From positions 96,001-160,000 of the forward strand of contig OY781089.1 of NCBI GenBank assembly GCA_963676565.1: a stretch of 64,000 nt of DNA, in the 5' to 3' direction. Positions 17,637 to 26,778 of the stretch are shown here, in pieces (position 1 is the stretch's first letter; each line of letters begins with the position of its first letter). Both the position numbers and the translations under genes were made by a program. The stretch comes from Halarcobacter sp. Lineage in GTDB: Bacteria; Campylobacterota; Campylobacteria; Campylobacterales; Arcobacteraceae. The notes below the pieces were generated by a model, which saw only the letters and a list, made by a program, of their open reading frames with translations, was not told the DNA's origin and made no database searches.

Positions 17637-19357
17637 TGAAACCTAAACCAATTAAAAATAGTATAAAAAATAAAATCATAATTCAATTTACCCTCATATT
17701 ATCTGTTTTTTTGTTACTAATTTCATTTTCAATTGGTTATTTATTTATTAAAAACACAGAATCCCATGCACAAGATTTATTAAAAAATAGAGCCTTATTA
17801 ATAGAAGAAAAAATACAAGAAAGACTTTATTACCTAATTGAGCAAACATCACTTCTTTCAAAAAACTCACTTATGGTTAATTCTTTAATTGATGATGATA
17901 ATAAAGAGGAATACCTTTTACCACTAGCTTCAAATTTTATGGAAGATAAAAATGTAAAAGACCTAAATATCATAGATTTTGATGGTGAGATAATTTTTAA
18001 AACTGCTAAAAATGTACCTAAATATAGTAAATCAATATATATTAGAAATGCACTAGCACTAGGACAAACAACATATTATTTAGAGAAAAATGAAAACAAA
18101 TTTATTGTTGTTTCACCTGTTAAATATTATGAAACAACCCAAGGGGCTTTAATAGCTACTTTTAATCTTGAAAAAATCTTACGAAAATATATAGTTAATT
18201 CAAATGATGAATATATTGAGATACTAAATACTAAAAATGATAAACTTTTATACACAAATAACCACGATGAAAATAAAAAGTACTATTCTTATAGTTTAAA
18301 AAATCAAAACTTATCACTTTTTGATGAATTAAATATTACATTAAATATTGGAAAACTAGAATCTGCATATCTATTTCCCATACAAGATGCTGTAAAAAAA
18401 GTACTTATTATGAGTTTTATTCTAATCTTGATTGGAACCTTACTCTCATATTTATTAGCTGAATCAATCACTAAACCTATTATAGAATTATATAAAAAGA
18501 TAAACAATAATGAGTTTCATGAAAGATATAAGCCTTTAGGCACAAATGATGAATTAGAAGTATTATCATTTGCATTCCATGAAAAAGTAAAACAATTAAA
18601 TCAATTTAAAAATGAAGAGTTAGAGAAACAAAAACTTTTACTAGAACAGTCAAAAATGGCCTCATTAGGTGAGATGATTGGAAATATTGCCCATCAATGG
18701 AGACAACCTTTATCTGTTATATCAACTGCTTCAAGTGGTTTAAAAATGAAACAAGAATATGGGATTTTAGAAGAACATGAGATGTATTCTGTTCTTGATT
18801 CTATTAATGAAAACACCCAATACTTATCAAAAACAATTGATGACTTTAGAAATTTTATTATTGGGAAAAGAGAAAAGAAACAATTTAACTTAAGTAAACA
18901 AATTGATAGTTTTTTATCTTTAATGATGGGAAGTATAAAAACACATGAAATCAATATAGTACGTAAAGAACAAACAGATATAGAGATTAATGGATACCCA
19001 AATGAATTAACCCAATGTTTAATGAATATAATTAATAACTCAAAAGATGCCTTTGAAGAAAAGGGAATAAAAGAAAAATATATTTTTATAAAAACATATA
19101 CTAAAAATTCTTCAATTTTTATAGAAATTAAAGACAATGCAGAAGGTATTGATGAAGATATTATCCTAAAAATATTTGAACCTTATTTTACAACAAAACA
19201 TAAATCCAGAGGTACAGGATTAGGACTTAGTATGACATATAGATTGATTACTGAAGGGATGAAGGGTAATATAAAAGTAAGAAACACAACTTTTAATTAT
19301 GAAAAGAAAACCTATAAAGGGGCAGAATTTATTATTACTTTACCCCCTGTAGATTAG
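17636..19357 (+). CDS. Membrane sensor histidine kinase (periplasmic Cache-like domain, HAMP)
   Basis: Two TM segments, KMASLGEMIGNIAHQWRQPL, FEPYFTTK and GTGLGL. TAATG overlap with the upstream gene. Confidence 0.88.
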   Translation: MKPKPIKNSIKNKIIIQFTLILSVFLLLISFSIGYLFIKNTESHAQDLLKNRALLIEEKIQERLYYLIEQTSLLSKNSLMVNSLIDDDNKEEYLLPLASNFMEDKNVKDLNIIDFDGEIIFKTAKNVPKYSKSIYIRNALALGQTTYYLEKNENKFIVVSPVKYYETTQGALIATFNLEKILRKYIVNSNDEYIEILNTKNDKLLYTNNHDENKKYYSYSLKNQNLSLFDELNITLNIGKLESAYLFPIQDAVKKVLIMSFILILIGTLLSYLLAESITKPIIELYKKINNNEFHERYKPLGTNDELEVLSFAFHEKVKQLNQFKNEELEKQKLLLEQSKMASLGEMIGNIAHQWRQPLSVISTASSGLKMKQEYGILEEHEMYSVLDSINENTQYLSKTIDDFRNFIIGKREKKQFNLSKQIDSFLSLMMGSIKTHEINIVRKEQTDIEINGYPNELTQCLMNIINNSKDAFEEKGIKEKYIFIKTYTKNSSIFIEIKDNAEGIDEDIILKIFEPYFTTKHKSRGTGLGLSMTYRLITEGMKGNIKVRNTTFNYEKKTYKGAEFIITLPPVD

Positions 19358-19752
19358 TATTTCCCAAACTCTTTGTAAGTTTTATCTTCAAAAATTATAA
19401 ATACTGTTTTAGGGTTTTTATCGTTTTCATAAGCTGGAAGAGATAATCCAATTGCATTTTTAGGTTTTTCCTTCAAAAAGTCTTTTATAGCACGTGAGGG
19501 AACATTCCCTTCAAAAACATAATCTCCCATTAGTGAAGTATTACAAGATTGAATATCATAAGGAATTCCTATTTGTCTTTTTAAATTTTTTACATTCATA
19601 ACTGTAACAACATCAACCTCTTTTGCTACTTTTTCCATCTCTATAAACCAAGATTTAGGGCAAGTGCTTGTTGGTGGTTGAAAAACTTGTAGTTTAGATT
19701 CACTGGCAAAAAGTGAAATTGCCAACAAACAAAAAGCTAAAATTTTCATCAT
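19354..19752 (-). CDS. Exported DUF411/CopG-like protein with degenerate metal ligands
   Basis: KRQIGIP..IQSCNT..GDYVFEGNVP..I.DFL.EKP..IGL matches the DUF411 pattern. Confidence 0.65.
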   Translation of the reverse strand: MMKILAFCLLAISLFASESKLQVFQPPTSTCPKSWFIEMEKVAKEVDVVTVMNVKNLKRQIGIPYDIQSCNTSLMGDYVFEGNVPSRAIKDFLKEKPKNAIGLSLPAYENDKNPKTVFIIFEDKTYKEFGKY

Positions 19753-20447
19753 AATTCTCCTTTTAAAATATTTGGATATTTTTCCAATAGATTATTTTTT
19801 ATTTGATCAATATTTTTAATATCAAAACTTTGATTATTAGGGTTATTAAACTCTAAAACTATTTTTGCAGGTTTACTAGAAAGAAATAAAATTCTATTGG
19901 AAAATAAAATTGCTTCACTAATATCATGAGTTACTAAAACAACAATTGGATTAAACTTATTACATAGTTTTAAAAACTCTTTTTTTAATTCTTGGGAAGT
20001 TGGAAAATCCAAAGATATAAAAGGTTCATCTAAAAAAATTACCTCTGGTTGGTTTATAAAAGCTCTAGCTAGTGCAACTCTTCTTTTCATACCACCAGAT
20101 AAAGCCTTTGGAAACTTATCTAAAACATCTTCTAATGCAACTAATTTTAAAATATCATTTATCTCATCTAAATCTTTAGATCTTGAAACTAATAAAAGAT
20201 TTTCTTTGATACTAAGCCAAGGTAATAATCTATCATCTTGAAACATAAATGATATATTTTTATAAGGCATTGAAATATCACCTTTGTAATCAGTTTCTAA
20301 ATTTGCCAATAAATTTAAAAAAGTGCTTTTACCACAACCACTAGGACCAACAATTGAAATGAACTCTTGTTCTTTAATTTTAAATTCAATATCTTCTAAT
20401 ACCTTTATTTCATTAAAACTTTTGTTTTGAATATTTATATTTATCAT
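19749..20447 (-). CDS. NitT/TauT-family ABC ATP-binding protein
   Basis: GPSGCGKST, LSGGMKRRVALARA and LDEPF. Confidence 0.9.
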   Translation of the reverse strand: MININIQNKSFNEIKVLEDIEFKIKEQEFISIVGPSGCGKSTFLNLLANLETDYKGDISMPYKNISFMFQDDRLLPWLSIKENLLLVSRSKDLDEINDILKLVALEDVLDKFPKALSGGMKRRVALARAFINQPEVIFLDEPFISLDFPTSQELKKEFLKLCNKFNPIVVLVTHDISEAILFSNRILFLSSKPAKIVLEFNNPNNQSFDIKNIDQIKNNLLEKYPNILKGEL

Positions 20448-20448
20448 T

Positions 20449-21183
20449 TTATTTCCATTCCAACATCTTATTTTCTAAAGGTTTTAAAATAGCCATCTCT
20501 ATAAACATAACAATAAAAATAAAAGCTAAAGAATAAGCTAATATAGAAGTTATATCAAAAAATTGGAAAAACATTGAGATTTTAAATCCTATACCATCAC
20601 TTCTCCCAAGTAATTCAACAACTAAAACTATTTTCCAAATTAAAGACAAAGATAATCTAGCAGAAGCCATCATATATGGATAAATTTGAGGTAAAAAAAC
20701 TTTGAAAAACACTTGTTTTTTTGGAACCTTATAAACTTTTGCTAAATCCATATATTTTGACTCAATTGCCCTAGTCCCTTCCCTTATATTAACAACTACT
20801 ATTGGAACTTTATTTATAATTACAGCTAGAAGTGCTGCAAAATCAGTTAATCCAAACCAAATATAACAAATAACAATTACTACTAAAGCTGGAATATTTA
20901 AACCTAAAACTAATAAAAAATCAAAGATATCATCTATTTTTTTTGATATTCCCATTATAATTCCAAAAAATATTCCAATTATCATAGTGATAAAAAATGT
21001 TATTACAACCCTAAATAGTGTAATCTTTAAATCATCTAATAATTCCCCATCTACTAAATGTTCAAATAGTTTTATACCTATATCAACAGATGAAGGGAAA
21101 ACTTGAGATGCAAGGACTATTGAAGAGGCTTGCCATATGATAATAAAAGCACAAATTGATAATAATCTAGTTTGTAACAACAC
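20449..21183 (-). CDS. NitT/TauT-family ABC permease
   Basis: Six TM segments; WKIVLVVELLGRSDGIG. Confidence 0.88.
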   Translation of the reverse strand: MLLQTRLLSICAFIIIWQASSIVLASQVFPSSVDIGIKLFEHLVDGELLDDLKITLFRVVITFFITMIIGIFFGIIMGISKKIDDIFDFLLVLGLNIPALVVIVICYIWFGLTDFAALLAVIINKVPIVVVNIREGTRAIESKYMDLAKVYKVPKKQVFFKVFLPQIYPYMMASARLSLSLIWKIVLVVELLGRSDGIGFKISMFFQFFDITSILAYSLAFIFIVMFIEMAILKPLENKMLEWK

Positions 21184-21201
21184 TTTTTCCTAATTTTTAT
21201 T

Positions 21202-22161
21202 TTACTGATTAGTTTCCCAAAAAGTTGCAGGGTCTAACTCTTTGCTATTTTTAACTAATTTTTTTCCACCTTGTTTTTGTAATACTTTAAATATTTTTTT
21301 TGAATCTTCGATGTTTTTTTCATCAAATTTAAGTATCACTCCATTTTTATAGCCCTCTTTTAATGAGTTAAATGTTACTTCATCTTTTACTTTCATCAGT
21401 GGTTTTATTCTATCCCATTCTTTATCATCTTCTAACAAGATTTTTTTAGCACTTTTACTTGCATTTATAAATGAATCATATAATCTTGGATCCATGAGAG
21501 CTAAATCTCTTCTAAATGTCCAACCAATTAAAGGTATATCTTCATTAATTCCAAAACTTTTAAAAACCTCTTTAATTTCAATAATAGGTCTTGCTCCTTT
21601 TGCCTTTGCTTTTGCATTAAAATGCCAAAAGTTCAGCGCTCCATCTAAAGAACCATCAAGTACTTTTTTAAGTAATATGGGAGGAGCAGCAAAGGTTGGA
21701 TTAATAATATCTTTAAAATCTTTGCCATATTTTAATTTACTATATGCCCTTAAGATAAGCCAAGTTTTATCAACAGGTCCTCCTGCAACTCCAATATTTT
21801 TCCCTTCTAAATCTAATAAAGTTTTAGCATTACTGTTTTTTCCAAGGTATAAAGTCCCCGTTGCCTTAGAATAAGGGTAAAGTGTATAATCTCCCCCATT
21901 TGCCCTTTGAGTATTTACCCAAACCCAATCAGTAACTATAATATCAACACTTCCAGATTGAAGGGCTATTGATGTAGCATTTTTTGAAGCTAGTTTAACA
22001 ACTTCAAGTTCAAAACCATTTTTAATATCAAGTTTATTATGTTTTAAAACATCTAATTCCCAATTAACTGTTCCAAATGCTAAAACACCTACTTTTAATT
22101 TTTCCAAAGCATATAAATTTGTAAACAAAAAACAAATTGTTAAAAATATGATTTTAAACAT
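21202..22161 (-). CDS. NMT1/TauA-like substrate-binding protein, probably PqqT-like (PQQ binding)
   Basis: GVLAFGTVNWEL, IVTDWVWV, GGPVDKTW and LNFWHF motifs. From memory, this family is linked to xoxF/ped clusters. Confidence 0.65.
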   Translation of the reverse strand: MFKIIFLTICFLFTNLYALEKLKVGVLAFGTVNWELDVLKHNKLDIKNGFELEVVKLASKNATSIALQSGSVDIIVTDWVWVNTQRANGGDYTLYPYSKATGTLYLGKNSNAKTLLDLEGKNIGVAGGPVDKTWLILRAYSKLKYGKDFKDIINPTFAAPPILLKKVLDGSLDGALNFWHFNAKAKAKGARPIIEIKEVFKSFGINEDIPLIGWTFRRDLALMDPRLYDSFINASKSAKKILLEDDKEWDRIKPLMKVKDEVTFNSLKEGYKNGVILKFDEKNIEDSKKIFKVLQKQGGKKLVKNSKELDPATFWETNQ

Positions 22162-22187
22162 CTATCTACCTTTTAATTATTTTTTAT

Positions 22188-22272
22188 ATTGTATATCAAT
22201 TAAGTAGCATCAATTTAGCATAATAAAAGATTTTTTAATTGCTATAATCAAGCTATAAAAACACTTTATAAT
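22188..22272. promoter_or_regulatory. Divergent promoter pair, each GCTA-N7-GCTA-N11-(-10)
   Basis: Leftward: TAGC at 22205 and 22216, TACAAT at 22193-22188. Rightward: GCTA at 22241 and 22252, TATAAT at 22267-22272. Confidence 0.8.
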
Positions 22273-22305
22273 TCCAACATGCAAAAATTTCGCAAAAGGA
22301 TATAC

Positions 22306-22725
22306 ATGAATAAAATCGAAAAATTAACACTTGCAGTTTTGTTTTCTGCAATAACTGCATTTGGGCATGGAAGTGTTACACCACAAAAAGTTGACACAAC
22401 AGGTTTAGAACAATTAGGTGATACTTGGGTATCAGAAAATCCATATAGTACTGATAATGCAAGAGCTGTAGAGATTGGAAGATCTGGATATAGTGAAAAC
22501 TGTGCAAGATGTCATGGACTTGATGTTATCTCTGGTGGTATTGCTCCTGATTTAAGAGAGTTAGATAAGTTTGAAGATGAATACTTCTTAGGAAAAGTAT
22601 TAAGTGGAGTTACAAGAAATGGTAATGTTTATATGCCATCATTTGCTGAAGTTTTAAGTCAAGAAGCAATTTGGGCAATTAGAACATATATCATGGATAG
22701 AAGAGCAAAAGACGGTATAGAGTAA
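22306..22725 (+). CDS. pedF: Cytochrome c-550, electron acceptor of the quinoprotein ADH (PedF/ExaB)
   Basis: AFGHGSVTPQKVDT, ENPY, heme motif CARCH, SGGIAPDLR and YMP..LSQEAIWAIR. Start after AAAGGA. Confidence 0.9.
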   Translation: MNKIEKLTLAVLFSAITAFGHGSVTPQKVDTTGLEQLGDTWVSENPYSTDNARAVEIGRSGYSENCARCHGLDVISGGIAPDLRELDKFEDEYFLGKVLSGVTRNGNVYMPSFAEVLSQEAIWAIRTYIMDRRAKDGIE

Positions 22726-22729
22726 TATT

Positions 22730-23599
22730 ATGAAAATTCTTAGATTATTAGTTTTATTTGCACTTTTGATAGTTTTTGCAAAAGCAAGAAGCATTGAAGA
22801 GATTCAAGAAAGTGGTTATATAACAATAGCTGTTTACGAAGATTTTCCACCTTACTCATTTACAGAAAACAATGAGTTAAAAGGGATTGATGTAGATTTA
22901 GGAAAACTACTTGCAAAATCTCTAAAAGTAAAAGCTAAATGGCAATTAACAGGCTCTGATGAAACTTTAGCTGATGATCTAAGAATTAATATTTGGAAGG
23001 GTAATCTAATTCATAAAAACTATGCAGACGTAATGTTTAGAGTTCCATACGATTATGATTATTTAAGATTAAGAGATAAACAAACAGGTGAACTTCAAAC
23101 AGATATGGTTTCTATTAAAGGGCCATATCATAGTGAAAAATGGGTTATAGCAACACACAAGGATAAAATTCCAAAGATTAATACTTTAGGAATTTTTGCT
23201 TACCATACTATAGGTGTAGAGTTAGATACCCTTCCAGATAATCATTTAACAGGATTTGCAAGAGGTTTAATTAATAAAAATGTTAAACACTATTTCCACT
23301 TTAAAGATGCAATAAAAGATTTTAAAGAGGGAAAAATTGATGCAATTGCTGGATTAAAATCCCAATTAGAGTATCTATTAGATTTTAATAACAATAAAGA
23401 TAAGTTTTATATGACTAGTAAAATTCCACAAATAAAATCACACTGGGATATTGCCACAGCAGTTCACACTAGTTATAGACCATTAAGTTATCATATTGAT
23501 GGCTTAATATCTGAAAATTACGAGAATGGTAATATTAAAAAAATATTTGAAAAATATGGAGTCAATTACTTACCTCCAATAGCAAGAACACAACAATAA
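22730..23599 (+). CDS. Quinoprotein dehydrogenase-associated periplasmic binding-fold protein (MxaJ/XoxJ-like role)
   Basis: AVYEDFPPYSF, DETLADDLR.NIWKG and ADVMFRVPYD motifs. Follows pedF as in Pseudomonas ped clusters. Confidence 0.78.
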   Translation: MKILRLLVLFALLIVFAKARSIEEIQESGYITIAVYEDFPPYSFTENNELKGIDVDLGKLLAKSLKVKAKWQLTGSDETLADDLRINIWKGNLIHKNYADVMFRVPYDYDYLRLRDKQTGELQTDMVSIKGPYHSEKWVIATHKDKIPKINTLGIFAYHTIGVELDTLPDNHLTGFARGLINKNVKHYFHFKDAIKDFKEGKIDAIAGLKSQLEYLLDFNNNKDKFYMTSKIPQIKSHWDIATAVHTSYRPLSYHIDGLISENYENGNIKKIFEKYGVNYLPPIARTQQ

Positions 23600-23613
23600 A
23601 ATAAGGAGTTGTC

Positions 23614-24357
23614 ATGAAAAGTATACTCATTTTCGCTACATTAATTCTAACAATGTTAAACCTAGAAGCAAAGAATCCTATAGTATCTCCCACTTTTGAT
23701 GATATTATCAAAATTACTATTGGCGAAGATGAGTATACCTTTGATGACAAAAATGTCCAAGTAAAGGTACCCTCTTTTGCTGATAACCCTGTTCAAGTTC
23801 CCATTTTTGTAGATGCCTCAAAAATTAAGAATCCTAAAAAAATGATTCTTTTTGCTGATTTGAATCCTATTCCAGTTATTTTAACTATGACACCAAAAGA
23901 TTTTCTACCAGTTATCTCAACAAATATAAAAGTTGCCCAAGAAACTCCTTTAAGAGCTTTAGTTTTAGATGAAAATAATCTATGGCATGTTGGAAGCGCA
24001 AACATCAATAGTAATGGTGGAGGTTGCGATGTAACAAGTTTAGCAGCTGCGAATGGAAATGTTGCAGAAAATATAGGGAAAAGTAAAGGGAAAATATTTG
24101 ATAAAAAAGATCAAAAAAGAGTTAAATTCTCAATATTTCATCCTATGGAAACTGGCTTAGTTTTTGGGGCTAGCTCATTTTTTATAAATAAAATAGAAAT
24201 TAAAGATGAGAATAACAAGTTATTAACTGTTTTAGATACAAGCGCAGCAATTAGTGAAAATCCAAGAATTACTTTAGAAACAAAAAAAGAGTTTAAAGAA
24301 TTAAATATCAACTTTTTGGATACTGATGCAAATAATTTTGAGTTAAATATAAAATGA
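23614..24357 (+). CDS. Quinoprotein dehydrogenase-associated SoxYZ-like carrier (fused)
   Basis: FADLNPIP, GGGC swinging-arm motif, HPMETGLV and AISENP. Confidence 0.85.
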   Translation: MKSILIFATLILTMLNLEAKNPIVSPTFDDIIKITIGEDEYTFDDKNVQVKVPSFADNPVQVPIFVDASKIKNPKKMILFADLNPIPVILTMTPKDFLPVISTNIKVAQETPLRALVLDENNLWHVGSANINSNGGGCDVTSLAAANGNVAENIGKSKGKIFDKKDQKRVKFSIFHPMETGLVFGASSFFINKIEIKDENNKLLTVLDTSAAISENPRITLETKKEFKELNINFLDTDANNFELNIK

Positions 24358-25259
24358 AAATTTTATTTTTAGCAATAATATTTTTTAATTCACTTTTTGC
24401 CTTTGAATATAAGCTAAAGCCAGAAAAGCTAGATGAAAATAGCTACTATTTTTATGGAAAAGAGGAGTATTTTTCAAAGGAAAATGGTGGAGATATTGCA
24501 AACACTGCTTTTATAATCACTAAAAATTCTGTTATAGTAATAGATACAGGAACAACAGTTGATTATGCAAATGCTATGAAAAAAGAGATTTCAAAGCTTA
24601 CTAAAAATCCTATAAATTTTGTAATAAATACACACCACCATCCTGATCATTTTTTAGGAAATAAAGCCTTTAAAGATGCTAAAATTTATGCAACAGAGCA
24701 TACAATTGAAGATATAAAATTAAATGGTGAAAAATATGTTTCAAATATGGTAAACCTAATAGGTGAAGCTGCTTATTCAACTAGAGCTAAAGTTCCAAAT
24801 AAATTACTTACAACAAAAAAACTAGTCTTAGATGGGTATGAATTAGATATTTTATACTTAGATGGTCATACAAAAAGTGATATAGCTATACTAGATAATA
24901 AAACAAAAATACTCTATGCTTCTGATTTAGTTTTTAACCACAGAGCCCTAGCAACACCCCATGCAAATTTAAAAAAGTGGATTTTGGCATTAAAAGAATT
25001 AAAAAAACTTGATTTTAAAACTTTAGTTCCAGGGCATGGAAAAGTGACTTTCTCAAAAAATGTTATTGATAAAGATATCAGATACTTAAAGTTTTTGGAT
25101 AAAACATTGAAAGAAGCTATAGAAAATGGACTTGATACCTTTGAAATTTTGGAACAAGAAATTCCAGAGGATATTAAAAATTATTCTATGTTTGAAGAAG
25201 AGTATGAAAGAAGTATTATAAATCTATACAAAAAGTATGAACTGCAACTCTCTTATTAA
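24354..25259 (+). CDS. Quinoprotein relay system zinc metallohydrolase (MBL fold)
   Basis: NGGDIAN, THHHPDHFLGN, GHT..D and VPGHG motifs; directly after the SoxYZ-like gene. Confidence 0.85.
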   Translation: MKILFLAIIFFNSLFAFEYKLKPEKLDENSYYFYGKEEYFSKENGGDIANTAFIITKNSVIVIDTGTTVDYANAMKKEISKLTKNPINFVINTHHHPDHFLGNKAFKDAKIYATEHTIEDIKLNGEKYVSNMVNLIGEAAYSTRAKVPNKLLTTKKLVLDGYELDILYLDGHTKSDIAILDNKTKILYASDLVFNHRALATPHANLKKWILALKELKKLDFKTLVPGHGKVTFSKNVIDKDIRYLKFLDKTLKEAIENGLDTFEILEQEIPEDIKNYSMFEEEYERSIINLYKKYELQLSY

Positions 25260-25283
25260 AAGATAAATAGCATAAAAAGCTAT

Positions 25284-26705
25284 TTATCTTATTCCTTTTA
25301 TATATTCAACTAGTAATCTAACACTAGCTCCTGTTCCACCAAAGCTATTATATCCCCAAACTTTTTCTCTGTAAGCAGCCCCTGCTATATCTAAATGAAG
25401 CCATTTGTTTTTATTCTCTTTTTTTATAAATTTATCTAAAAATAAAGAAGCAGTTATTGAACTACCTGCCCTTGAACCAGGCGAGTTTACCACATCCGCA
25501 ATATTTGATTTTAACATTGGGGGAAGGTATCTATTAAATGGTAAAAATCCAACTAGCTCACCACTTTTGTTTGAAGCTTTTTTTATTTGTTTTTTCATCT
25601 TTTCACTATGTCCCATAACACCAGTTGTATATTCACCTAGTGCAACAATACAAGCTCCTGTTAAAGTAGCAACATCAAAAATTGAATCAATATCTTTTAT
25701 TTCATCTTGGGCATAACATAAACAATCAGCTAAAACTAGTCTACCCTCTGCATCAGTATTAGTAACCTCAATAGTAACACCATTTTTAGCTTTTAATACA
25801 TCATCAGGTTTATAAGCATCTCCACCAATCATATTTTCAACTGCACCAATAATACCATGAACTTCAACATCAAGTTTTAATTTAGCAACTGCATCTAAAA
25901 TACCTAGAACTGCACTTCCTCCACTTTTGTCACATTTCATTGAGACCATATCTTGTTTTAAACTTAGTCCCCCTGCATCATAAGTAAGACCTTTACCTAC
26001 AATAACAACTTTTGCTTTTGCCTTTTTAGGCTTATAAGTTAAATGAACTAACTGACTTTCATGTCTAGATGCACGTCCTACTGCAAGCATTGCATTCATA
26101 CCATTGTTAAGTAAATATTCTTCACCAAAAATCTTGCACTCAAGATTATTCTTTAAAGCTAACTCTTTTGCTTTTTTTGAAAAACTTTTTGGATAAAAAT
26201 CTTCTGGTGTAGTATTTACAATAGTTCTTACCATATTTACACTATTGCATATTGTTTTAATTTCTTCAAAATCTTTGTTTAATTCTTCAAAAGTTTTTTT
26301 AGAACCTTTTACATCAATAAAAATATTTATTTTTGATTCTTTCTTTTTACTCTTGTAATCTTCAAAAGTATAAGACCCAAGGATTAATCCTTCAGTTAAC
26401 TCTTTAATATTTAGTTCTTTTTCACTTACTAAATTAATTAAAATATTCTCATATTTTGTTTTTTGTAAAACTCTTATTGCATTGGAAAAAGCAATTTTTA
26501 AATCCTCTTTTTTTAAACTTGTCGCACCAATATAAAGTTTATTTTCAAAAAAACACTCTTGAGATTCTTTTCCTTCAAAACCAATTTTTTTTAATTTTTT
26601 TGATATTTTTTTATCAATTTTCTTTAGATTTTGTAAAACAACAAGTTCTAAATCATTATTAAAATTTTTTTTATTTGAATTAAATAATTTTATTTCCATT
26701 TCCAT
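25284..26705 (-). CDS. pepA: Leucyl aminopeptidase (M17)
   Basis: GKGLTYDAGG, MKCDKSG, NTDAEGRLVLAD and WLHLDIAG. Confidence 0.93.
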   Translation of the reverse strand: MEMEIKLFNSNKKNFNNDLELVVLQNLKKIDKKISKKLKKIGFEGKESQECFFENKLYIGATSLKKEDLKIAFSNAIRVLQKTKYENILINLVSEKELNIKELTEGLILGSYTFEDYKSKKKESKINIFIDVKGSKKTFEELNKDFEEIKTICNSVNMVRTIVNTTPEDFYPKSFSKKAKELALKNNLECKIFGEEYLLNNGMNAMLAVGRASRHESQLVHLTYKPKKAKAKVVIVGKGLTYDAGGLSLKQDMVSMKCDKSGGSAVLGILDAVAKLKLDVEVHGIIGAVENMIGGDAYKPDDVLKAKNGVTIEVTNTDAEGRLVLADCLCYAQDEIKDIDSIFDVATLTGACIVALGEYTTGVMGHSEKMKKQIKKASNKSGELVGFLPFNRYLPPMLKSNIADVVNSPGSRAGSSITASLFLDKFIKKENKNKWLHLDIAGAAYREKVWGYNSFGGTGASVRLLVEYIKGIR

Positions 26706-26778
26706 CCCTTTACTTAAGAGAATAAGGATATCAAAATTGTTATTTTTTTTAGTTAAAGAATAAAATTAATTTAAAACT

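Noticed and set aside
23614..24357. Sox sulfur-oxidation pathway
   Set aside because: No soxAXBCD in the window. The fused SoxYZ-like gene sits in the quinoprotein accessory context.
25265..25285. TAGC/GCTA pair after the metallohydrolase
   Set aside because: It is an inverted repeat (AAATAGC-N7-GCTATTT) at convergent stops, a likely terminator and not the direct-repeat box.
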